Shown: positions 8,061-15,624 of the stretch, piece after piece
How the letters are laid out: each line of letters begins with the position of its first letter
How positions within the stretch are numbered: position 1 is the first letter of the stretch
Assembly: GCA_000433415.1 (NCBI GenBank)
Contig: FR890536.1
Location: 26,183 to 64,931, forward strand
Direction: 5' to 3'
From: Clostridium sp. CAG:448
GTDB taxonomy: Bacteria > Bacillota > Clostridia > Oscillospirales > CAG-272
Length of the DNA stretch: 38,749 bases
The notes under the pieces: model-generated
Seen by the model: the letters and a program-made list of their open reading frames with translations, nothing else
The model's database searches: none
Told to the model about the DNA's origin: nothing
Translations under genes and position numbers: made by a program

Positions 8061-10124
8061 GTGAGCAGAACGATTATGGCTGTAATTCAAACGAAACAAA
8101 TCCGGAATGTGGCACTGTTGGGACATAGCGGCAGCGGCAAAACCACGCTTGCAGAAGCCGTACTTTTCCTGATCAAAAAGATTGACCGTATGGGAAAAAC
8201 CACGGATGGAAATACCACGTGTGACTATGATGCGGAAGAAAAAGCAAGAGGCTTTTCTCTGACAACGGCGATGGCGCCCGTGATGTGGAACGATATTAAG
8301 ATCAATTTCTTTGACACACCCGGCTTTTTGGATTTTGTCGGAGAGGTTAAGCAGGCAGTGCGTGTGGCGGATGCCGCAACCATTGTCGTGGATGCCAAAT
8401 CCGGCGTTGAGGTCGGTACCGAACTGGCGTGGGGATTTGCCGAGGAAGTCGGCATTCCGAAGTCGTTTTTTGTCAATAAATGCGATGACAATGACGCGGA
8501 TTTTGACCGTGTATTCACACAGCTGCATGAAACCTTCGGTACATCTGTGTGCCCGATCTCCGTTCCGTGCGACGATGCAATGATCAACCTGGTCGAAATG
8601 AAGGCATTTCAGTTCGACGCAAAGGGTGTGCGTAGTGAGATTCCGATGACAGGAAAGTTTGAGGAGATTGCTGCAAGATACAAGGAAGCGTTTAATGACG
8701 CCATTTCCATGGTCAGCGAGGAAATCATGGAAAAGGTTCTGATGGAGGAGGAAATCTCCAAGGAAGAGATCGCCGAGGCGATCCATGAGGGCATTCTGAA
8801 GGGGGATATTACGCCGGTTATGAGCGGTTCCGCAACCAGCCTGTCCGGTTTGCAATCCTTCCTTGATACCATTGCCAACTCCTTCCCGCGTCACACTGCA
8901 AAGAAGCAGGAGCGGGCTGCGGATGGCTCCAAGATCGATATTGACCCGAACGGTGAACCGGCATTGTTTGTATTCAAGACCATTGCCGACCCGTTTGTCG
9001 GAAAGATGTCTTTCTTCAAGGTGATGAACGGTTCCGCAAAGCGTGATATGTCGCTGCGGAACGTGCAGACCGATACGGTCGAAAAGTTGGCGCACATCTA
9101 TGTGATGCGCGGCGCAAAGCAGGAAGAAGTGGAGGAACTGGCATGCGGCGACATCGGTATGGTCGCAAAGCTTGCAAACACCTTTACCAATAACACGCTG
9201 TCAAACAGCGGTGTTTCCTACGCACCTACGCTGTATCCGAATCCGTACATGACGCAGGCAATGATGCCGGCAACTGCCAAGGACGAGAGCAAGATTTCGC
9301 AGGCAATTGCAAGAATGCTGGAGGAAGATCAGACCCTGAAATATGAAAACAACCCCGAGACCAAGCAGATGCTGATCTCCGGTATCGGTGATATGCACCT
9401 GGCTGTGATGGCGTCCAGACTCAAGAGCCGGTTCGGTGTCAGCATCCGTCTGGAAACGCCGAAAATTCCTTATCGCGAGAAGATTACAAAGAAATGCGAT
9501 GTGGAGGGCAAGCACAAGAAGCAAAACGGCGGTTCCGGTCAGTACGGTCATGTCAAGATCCGCTTTATGCCCGGCGACGAGGAGGGATTGACCTTTGTGG
9601 ATGCCACCGTCGGCGGCTCTGTTCCGAAGAACTTTATTCCTGCAGTGGAAAAGGGATTGGTTGATGCCATGCAGAAGGGCGTTGCCGGTTTCCCGATGGT
9701 CGGACTCAAGGCGGAACTGTACGACGGTTCCTACCATGCGGTTGACTCGGATGAAGTTTCCTTCAAAACCGCGGCAAACCTTGCGTACAAAAAGTGCCTG
9801 GAATTATCCGCCCCGGTACTTCTGGAGCCTGTCGGCGACCTTTATGTAACGGCGCCGGAAAGTATGGTCGGAGATGTCATGGGCGACCTCAATAAGCGCC
9901 GCGGCAGTGTGATGGGAATGAATCCCGATGAACATAAGAAGGGCTATACCGTGATTCAGGCGACCGTTCCGAAGTCCGAGATTGCCGATTACCCGATCAC
10001 CCTGCGTGCGATGTCGCAGGGACGCGCGTCCTTTGAATTCACCGTGACCGGCTATGATGTTGTGCCCGGCAATATTTCCGCAAAGATTGTGGAAGCGTAC
10101 AAGAAATCCCAGTCTGAAGGATGA
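8061..10124 (+). CDS. elongation factor G paralogue (EF-G2-like translational GTPase)
   Basis: G1 GHSGSGKTTL, G3 DTPGF, G4 NKCD, and a 687-aa five-domain length. The P-loop resembles EF-G2-type proteins rather than the canonical AHIDAGKTT. Start is uncertain: GTG 8061 or ATG 8076. Confidence 0.85.
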   Translation: MSRTIMAVIQTKQIRNVALLGHSGSGKTTLAEAVLFLIKKIDRMGKTTDGNTTCDYDAEEKARGFSLTTAMAPVMWNDIKINFFDTPGFLDFVGEVKQAVRVADAATIVVDAKSGVEVGTELAWGFAEEVGIPKSFFVNKCDDNDADFDRVFTQLHETFGTSVCPISVPCDDAMINLVEMKAFQFDAKGVRSEIPMTGKFEEIAARYKEAFNDAISMVSEEIMEKVLMEEEISKEEIAEAIHEGILKGDITPVMSGSATSLSGLQSFLDTIANSFPRHTAKKQERAADGSKIDIDPNGEPALFVFKTIADPFVGKMSFFKVMNGSAKRDMSLRNVQTDTVEKLAHIYVMRGAKQEEVEELACGDIGMVAKLANTFTNNTLSNSGVSYAPTLYPNPYMTQAMMPATAKDESKISQAIARMLEEDQTLKYENNPETKQMLISGIGDMHLAVMASRLKSRFGVSIRLETPKIPYREKITKKCDVEGKHKKQNGGSGQYGHVKIRFMPGDEEGLTFVDATVGGSVPKNFIPAVEKGLVDAMQKGVAGFPMVGLKAELYDGSYHAVDSDEVSFKTAANLAYKKCLELSAPVLLEPVGDLYVTAPESMVGDVMGDLNKRRGSVMGMNPDEHKKGYTVIQATVPKSEIADYPITLRAMSQGRASFEFTVTGYDVVPGNISAKIVEAYKKSQSEG

Positions 10125-10166
10125 TTGGCGTACTTTGACGTCAACGAAACTGTTGTTTTAGTTAGG

Positions 10167-10208
10167 AAGCCCCATATCGGAAAAGTTCTCCGGTATGGGG
10201 CTTTTTGT
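10167..10208 (+). terminator. intrinsic terminator after the EF-G paralogue
   Basis: AAGCCCCATA (10167-10176) pairs with TATGGGGCTT (10194-10203), followed by TTTTGT. Confidence 0.8.
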
Positions 10209-10376
10209 GACGGGTATTTTGTTTTTACATCAATCCGATGAAAATATGGGATACGTCCCGCGCCGCAAGGCGCATTTTTTGTGTCGGAAAATTTTTTTGT
10301 GTCCCCGAATCCGACCGGATTCGCGTGGGAAATGTGATAAGATGGAAGCGGAGAAAAAAAGAAGGAGGAAAAAAGT

Positions 10377-10757
10377 ATGAGCATCGGTGGAGCGGAGTTC
10401 TCGCAAAAGGCGGAGGGCGATGTGCTTTCCGTGCGGATAGAAGGCGAGGTTGATCATCATTCTGCGGTTTCCCTGCGGGAAGAAGTTGACCGTGAAATTC
10501 TTGAAGTGCGTCCGAAACGGTTGGAGTTGGATCTTTCCGGTGTCAGTTTTATGGACAGTTCCGGTATCGGTTTGATCATGGGACGATACAATCTGATGAA
10601 AGAACTGGAGGGCGAACTGGTCGTTGCGAAGACCGGACCGGCGACCGAACGGATTTTGCGTTTGGCGGGATTGGATCGAATGGTGCAGATCAATGACGGG
10701 AATGCTGCAAAAAATGAAAGGAGAGCAGGAAATGGCAGGCAGAAAAGAAAAATTTGA
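10377..10757 (+). CDS. spoIIAA: anti-sigma F factor antagonist (STAS domain)
   Basis: AGGAGG SD 8 nt upstream. STAS fold motif with the phosphorylatable Ser, SFMDSSGIG. First gene of the spoIIA-type triad. Carries a basic C-terminal tail. Confidence 0.9.
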   Translation: MSIGGAEFSQKAEGDVLSVRIEGEVDHHSAVSLREEVDREILEVRPKRLELDLSGVSFMDSSGIGLIMGRYNLMKELEGELVVAKTGPATERILRLAGLDRMVQINDGNAAKNERRAGNGRQKRKI

Positions 10758-11205
10758 AGGAGCGGTGCGCAACCGGATGCAGGTCAGATTACTTTCGCTG
10801 TCGGTAAATGAGGGAATGGCACGTGCCGCGGTGGCGGCATTTTGCGCACAGGAAAACCCGACGGCAACGGAACTTGCGGACATCAAGTGCGCCGTTTCGG
10901 AGGCGGTTACAAACTGTATTGTACATGCGTATCGCGAAACGGTCGGGTGGATCACCCTGCAGGTTACCCTGATGGAAGGAGGAATTGTCCGGATTGAAAT
11001 CCGGGACCGGGGGTGCGGAATCCCGAACGTCAGGCAGGCGCGTCAGCCGATGTATACAACCGACGCAGCCGGTGAGCGGAGCGGCATGGGATTCACCGTC
11101 ATGGAGAGCTTTATGGACAAGCTGTCGGTGCGCTCTTCGGTCGGGAAGGGAACAACCGTAATCCTCTTCAAAAAGCTGCATGGCGGTTTACATAACGGGC
11201 TGTAA
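10732..11205 (+). CDS. spoIIAB: anti-sigma F factor / SpoIIAA serine kinase
   Basis: Start trimmed to ATG 10732 (SD AAAGGAGAG). N-box EAVTNCIVHAY, G1 IRDRGCGI, G2 GMGFTVM. Overlaps spoIIAA by 26 nt. Confidence 0.9.
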   Translation: MAGRKEKFEGAVRNRMQVRLLSLSVNEGMARAAVAAFCAQENPTATELADIKCAVSEAVTNCIVHAYRETVGWITLQVTLMEGGIVRIEIRDRGCGIPNVRQARQPMYTTDAAGERSGMGFTVMESFMDKLSVRSSVGKGTTVILFKKLHGGLHNGL

Positions 11206-11223
11206 GGAGGGTGATCGGAAAAG

Positions 11224-11988
11224 GTGAAAAACGCGGTGGCTGAATTGACCGCGGATGAGCGGTATGAACAGAATCGGACCTGGATTTGTGCGGCACAAAG
11301 CGGGGATGAGGCTGCGCTGGAATCCCTTGTAGTGCACAATACCGCACTTGTGCGCAGCATTGCCGTGCGGTTCCGCGACCGTGGGACCGATATGGAAGAC
11401 CTGATGCAGATCGGGATGATCGGACTGATCAAGGCTGTCCGCAGTTTTGATTTTTCCAGAAATACGGCGTTCTCAACCTATGCAGTCCCCCTGATCACGG
11501 GTGAAATCAGGAGACATCTGCGCGATGACGGGCTGATACGCGTCAGCCGTTCCTACAAGCAGATCGGTATGGCACTTCTGCGGGAAAGAAACCGGATCCG
11601 TATGCAACAGGGGAGGGAGCCGGGAATTGCGGAACTGGCGGCACTTTGCAATGTAACGCCGGAAGAGGCTGCCATTGCATTGGATGCCACCTCACCGGTG
11701 ACGTCCCTTTCCGAAACGGTTTGCGGAGAGGACTCTCCTACCTATGAGAACAGCCTGCCGGATCGGGATGCCGCGGATGAGATGGAAGCGCTGACAGACC
11801 GGGTTGCTCTGTCTCAGGCGTTGTCAAGAATGCCGGAACAATGGCAGAAAATTGTACTGTTGCGGTATTTCCGAAACCAGACGCAGGACGAAACCGCACG
11901 GCAGCTTGGTCTGTCGCAGGTCAAGGTTTCCCGTGAAGAGAAGAAAATCATGGCTTTTTTGCGTGCGCAGTTGACTGCAAGTGGTTAG
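11224..11988 (+). CDS. sigF: RNA polymerase sporulation sigma factor SigF
   Basis: Region 2 DLMQIGMIGLIKAVRSFD and FSTYAVPLITGEIRRHLRD. Region 4 HTH QDETARQLGLSQVKVSREEKK. Third position of the spoIIA operon. GTG start with AGGAGGG upstream. Confidence 0.9.
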   Translation: MKNAVAELTADERYEQNRTWICAAQSGDEAALESLVVHNTALVRSIAVRFRDRGTDMEDLMQIGMIGLIKAVRSFDFSRNTAFSTYAVPLITGEIRRHLRDDGLIRVSRSYKQIGMALLRERNRIRMQQGREPGIAELAALCNVTPEEAAIALDATSPVTSLSETVCGEDSPTYENSLPDRDAADEMEALTDRVALSQALSRMPEQWQKIVLLRYFRNQTQDETARQLGLSQVKVSREEKKIMAFLRAQLTASG

Positions 11989-12044
11989 TCAGAATATTCA
12001 ATATATTGTTTCTTTTTTAACAAACGGTTTGAGTTGAGCACTTG

Positions 12045-12080
12045 AAAAACCGCCCGATTGCCGAGCGGTTTTTTCTTTTG
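12045..12080. terminator. bidirectional intrinsic terminator between sigF and the convergent zinc-ribbon gene
   Basis: AAAAACCGC (12045-12053) pairs with GCGGTTTTT (12065-12073). A/T runs flank both sides. Confidence 0.8.
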
Positions 12081-12104
12081 TGTCCGTAATTCACACTGTC
12101 GTCC

Positions 12105-12470
12105 TTAAAAGACTCCCTGTGTGCGCAGAATCAAAAAGAGCAGGATGGCGATGAGGAGAATGGGGGAGAGAATCCATTTGATACGCCGCGTTTGATTGAC
12201 GCTCACGGGAATATAACCGCGGTAACCGCAGTGCGGGCACCCGGTGCGGTTTCGCAGATGAGCCCCGCAGCGCGGACACCGGAGTTCATCATTGGCGGAT
12301 TTGCTCTCCGGGAGCGGTTCCTTTTTGTCGGTCCGGTCCTGGTTGCCTCCGTTGACCGATTCCGTGGGATCCTGGGAATCCGGAAAAGAAGATTCCGTAT
12401 CGTCGTCCTGTGCATACATTTTTCGCAGAATTTCTGCCTCTTCTGCCTTTCGTTGGGCGCGTTTACTCAT
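12105..12470 (-). CDS. zinc-ribbon protein with C-terminal transmembrane anchor, unknown function
   Basis: Start trimmed to the ATG at 12470-12468, which overlaps the upstream stop (ATGA). MSKRAQRKAEEAEILRKMY..., an acidic low-complexity linker, then CPRCG...CPHCG and the hydrophobic tail WILSPILLIAILLFLIL. Confidence 0.65.
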   Translation of the reverse strand: MSKRAQRKAEEAEILRKMYAQDDDTESSFPDSQDPTESVNGGNQDRTDKKEPLPESKSANDELRCPRCGAHLRNRTGCPHCGYRGYIPVSVNQTRRIKWILSPILLIAILLFLILRTQGVF

Positions 12471-12928
12471 TTTTTCTTTCTTCCTTTCCGCTTTGCTTCC
12501 TCGGGAATGACCATTTCGCATTCCAGGTAGGAGCCGAGTTTGCGGAGATTCGCGCGGGTTGCCTGTACATAGATGCATCTTTTTTGGATTTCCGTTTCCG
12601 GAAGCTGTGTGTAACGGATGGTTTTATCCGAAAGTTCAATCTGAATTTCGCGGATGCGGCGGTTGTAGAAAATATCGTAGTGGATATTCTCTTTTTTGAT
12701 AAACTTTTTTCCGTGACGGGCGCCGTCCGGAGAAATGGTGGGTGCCATCAGGATATAATACCAAAGTACGGCGAGCAGGGAGATAAGAAGTAACAGAAAG
12801 AGAATTCCGGGAAGAGGGGGATGCCCATTGGTCAGAAAAGCGATGCCTGTGAAGGAAAGCAGGATGGTATAGGCAAGCAATGTAACCGCCGCGGTCAGCG
12901 GGGTAAAATCAAAAATTTTGCGTTTCAT
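12467..12928 (-). CDS. membrane protein (two N-terminal TM helices plus about 80-aa soluble domain), unknown function
   Basis: Strong SD AGGAGGAG upstream of the ATG at 12928. TM segments LTAAVTLLAYTILLSFTGIAFL and GILFLLLLISLLAVLWYYILM. Lys-rich C-terminus. Confidence 0.7.
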   Translation of the reverse strand: MKRKIFDFTPLTAAVTLLAYTILLSFTGIAFLTNGHPPLPGILFLLLLISLLAVLWYYILMAPTISPDGARHGKKFIKKENIHYDIFYNRRIREIQIELSDKTIRYTQLPETEIQKRCIYVQATRANLRKLGSYLECEMVIPEEAKRKGRKKK

Positions 12929-12959
12929 GTATGTCTCCTCCTAACAAACAGTATGTGGC

Positions 12960-12988
12960 ATTATAACAGGTATTCCGGGAAAAGTCAA
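12960..12988 (-). promoter_or_regulatory. sigma-A type promoter for the 12928..12105 two-gene operon
   Basis: Reverse strand reads TTGACT (12988-12983), 17 nt, TATAAT (12965-12960), with TG at the extended -10 position. Confidence 0.6.
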
Positions 12989-13021
12989 GTCTTTTTCGTG
13001 GCATAAGTGAGAAAAATCATG

Positions 13022-13049
13022 TTGACAAAGGTCGGAAAAAGCTTATAAC
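13022..13049 (+). promoter_or_regulatory. sigma-A type promoter for the OppD/OppF-type ATPase pair
   Basis: TTGACA (13022-13027), 16 nt, TATAAC (13044-13049). An untranslated leader of about 95 nt follows. Confidence 0.5.
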
Positions 13050-13146
13050 ATAACTTGTTCGTTTGAAATCCCGCGCCTGAGAACGAAGTGGCACGGTATA
13101 CATCCCGATACGTCCTAAGCCATGGTTGAGGAGTGAACACAGATAG

Positions 13147-14321
13147 ATGGAAACAAAAGCAAAGAAGAGCGGAACCCATTATATTTCCGCCAAGGAATCA
13201 AGGCGGATTTCCCGGCAGAACCGGAAGATCATGCGTGCCTTTGAAAAGAAAAAGCGCAGGAAAAATGTGCCGGAGAGTGAGTATCTGACGCAGATGAAGG
13301 ATCCGGCAAATATCGTGGAGTTTGATGATCTTCACACCTGCTTTTATACCGATGTCGGCACGGTGAAGGCGGTGGACGGTGTAACCTTCAGTATTCCCAA
13401 AGAGAGTATTGTGGGAGTCGTCGGAGAGTCCGGCTGCGGAAAATCGGTGACCAGTCTGTCGCTCATGCAGTTGGTGCAGGGGCCGCGGGTCAGATCAGCA
13501 GCGGCTCCATCCGTTTTTGTGCCGGCGACGGTAAGGTGTATGACATTGCCAAAATGCCGACGAAAGACATGAATAAGCTGCGTGGCAAGGAAATGGCAAT
13601 GATTTTTCAGGAGCCGATGACCAGTCTGAACCCTGTTTTCCGGATCGGCCAGCAATTGGATGAGGTGGTGCTTTTGCATGAGGAGGGGGCAACCAAGGAA
13701 TCCGCAAAGGCGAGATCCGTGGAAATGTTGGGATTGGTCGGCATTTCGGATCCCGCGCGCATTTACGGGCAGTACCCGCATGAATTGTCCGGCGGTATGC
13801 GGCAGCGTGTCATGATTGCGATGGCGCTTGCCTGCAATCCCCGTTTGATTATTGCGGATGAGCCCACTACGGCGTTGGACGTAACCATCCAGGCGCAGAT
13901 TTTGGATCTTTTGCGGGACATCAAGCAGAAGATCAACGGTAGTATCATGTTGATCACCCATGATCTGGGTGTGATTGCGGAAATGGCGGATTATGTGGTG
14001 GTGATGTATGCCGGTCGTGTGATTGAACAGGGAACGGCGGCTGAGATCTTTAAGAATCCGCTGCATCCGTATACCATCGGTTTGCAGAAGAGTAAGCCGG
14101 TTGTCAACCAGAAGGTGGACCGTCTTTACAGCATTCCCGGCTCGGTTCCGAACCCGGTGGATATGCCGGATTATTGCTATTTCCGTGATCGTTGCGACCG
14201 CCGTTGCCCAGCGTGTGACGGAAAATATCCGGAGACACGCACGGTTTCCGGTACACATCGCGTGGCGTGCCACCTGTACCGGGATGTCTCGGAGGAATCT
14301 GCGAAGGGAGGAAAGGCATGA
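13147..14321 (+). pseudogene. oligopeptide/dipeptide ABC transporter ATP-binding protein (OppD/DppD type) interrupted by a 1-nt frame break near 13480-13490
   Basis: Frame A (13147..13572) gives VKAVDGVTFSIPKESIVGVVGESGCGKSVTSLSLMQLVQGP and then nonsense. The frame displaced by -1 gives AGQISSGSIRF...AMIFQEPMTSLNP, LSGGMRQR, IIADEPTTALD, ITHDLGV and the Cys-rich oligopeptide C-terminal region, ending at 14321. Confidence 0.85.
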
Positions 14322-15502
14322 TGTCTGAGAGCAAAGAAAAGCAATGCGGAGCAGTTTCTGCACCGGAACAGACGGATGAAATTGTCATTGTTCGGGATCT
14401 GTGCAAGCACTTTCCGATCAAAACAGATGTGTTCGGGCATGTGCTTGCCAGTGTAAAGGCTGTCAACGATGTCAGTTTTACAATCAAGAAAGGAACGACG
14501 CTCGGTGTGGTGGGCGAATCCGGTTGCGGAAAAACCACCATGGGGCGTACCATGCTGCGTTTGTATGATATTACCTCCGGAGATGTTATTTACAAAGGAC
14601 TTTCCATTCAGAAACTGACCGATGCCCAGTTGCGCAGGCTTTTGCCGGACGATCCGGCATATGACGTTTACCGGACTGCGGACCGCGAGAAGCTGTTGGA
14701 AATCATCGGGCAGACCGGTGTCAACATTGCGAAGCTGACAAAGCCCGCAATGCAGAAGCTCCGCCCGGATATCCAGATCATTTTCCAGGATCCGTATTCC
14801 AGTCTATCCCCCCGTATGACGGTGGGCGAAATCATCGGTGAAGCAGTGCGTCAGCATCACATTGTTCCTAAAAGCCGTTACCGCGAATATGTACTGGAAA
14901 TTATGAAGGAGTGCGGACTGCAACCGCATTATTATGATCGGTACCCGCATGAGTTCTCCGGCGGACAGCGGCAGAGAATCTGCATCGCCCGTGCGTTGGC
15001 GCTCAACCCCAAGATCGTCGTATGTGACGAACCGGTTTCGGCACTGGATGTATCCATTCAGGCACAGATTATCAACCTGCTCAAGGATCTGCAGGAGCAA
15101 AGAGGGTTGACCTATGTGTTTATTTCCCACGACCTGTCCGTGGTAGAGCATATTTCCACGGATGTGGCGGTGATGTATTTGGGACAAATCATGGAAAAGG
15201 GACCGAAGGAGCGGATTTTTGCGCATCCGATGCATCCGTACACCCAGGCATTGCTTTCGGCTGTCCCGGTTCCGGACCCGGATGTCAAAATGAAACGGAT
15301 TATTCTGGAGGGGGATATCCCCAGTCCGGCAAATCCTCCGTCCGGCTGTAAGTTCCATACGCGGTGCAAATCCTGCATGGAAATCTGTAAAAAGGAACAA
15401 CCCGCATTGTGTGAGTATGAGTCAGGGCACTTTGTGGCTTGCCATCTGTATGGGCAGCACGCAGAGAAGGAAAAGACAGAATCCGAAAAAACGGTTATCT
15501 GA
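14318..15502 (+). CDS. oligopeptide/dipeptide ABC transporter ATP-binding protein (OppF/DppF type)
   Basis: ATG 14318 overlaps the upstream stop (ATGA), with SD GGGAGGAAAGG. GESGCGKTT, IFQDPYSSLSP, FSGGQRQR, VVCDEPVSALD, ISHDLSV, and C-terminal PSPANPPSGCKFHTRC. Confidence 0.9.
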   Translation: MMSESKEKQCGAVSAPEQTDEIVIVRDLCKHFPIKTDVFGHVLASVKAVNDVSFTIKKGTTLGVVGESGCGKTTMGRTMLRLYDITSGDVIYKGLSIQKLTDAQLRRLLPDDPAYDVYRTADREKLLEIIGQTGVNIAKLTKPAMQKLRPDIQIIFQDPYSSLSPRMTVGEIIGEAVRQHHIVPKSRYREYVLEIMKECGLQPHYYDRYPHEFSGGQRQRICIARALALNPKIVVCDEPVSALDVSIQAQIINLLKDLQEQRGLTYVFISHDLSVVEHISTDVAVMYLGQIMEKGPKERIFAHPMHPYTQALLSAVPVPDPDVKMKRIILEGDIPSPANPPSGCKFHTRCKSCMEICKKEQPALCEYESGHFVACHLYGQHAEKEKTESEKTVI

Positions 15503-15562
15503 TACGGGCGGGAAGTCCGCCAGAGCTGTCAAAGAAAATATAAAAAACAGAGATAAAGACGA

Positions 15563-15610
15563 GTGCCGCATGACGGGAGTTTCCCGTACATGCGGCACAC
15601 TTGTTTTTTG
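15563..15610. terminator. intrinsic terminator between the convergent oppF-type and aroE-like genes
   Basis: GTGCCGCATGACGGGA (15563-15578) pairs with TCCCGTACATGCGGCAC (15582-15598) with a one-base bulge. Followed by ACTTGTTTTTTG. An A-rich tract lies upstream. Confidence 0.8.
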
Positions 15611-15624
15611 GGGGATTGTCGGCA

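Noticed and set aside
7864-8064. 66-aa ORF in the tatD / EF-G intergenic region
   Set aside because: It spans the predicted EF-G promoter, has no SD, and is AT-rich non-coding-looking sequence.
10624-10731. Longer N-terminal extensions offered by the ORF track, for example spoIIAB from 10624, mntP from 17172, birA from 27404, citrate synthase from 30037 and the SEDS gene from 25055
   Set aside because: The extensions run through promoters, terminators or the riboswitch and lack SD sites. Internal starts with good SD sites give N-termini of family-typical length.
13471-13500. Programmed ribosomal frameshifting as an explanation for the split OppD-type gene
   Set aside because: There is no slippery heptamer or obvious stimulatory structure at the junction. 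The site is a GC run where a single-base indel, either a mutation or a sequencing error, is the simpler explanation.
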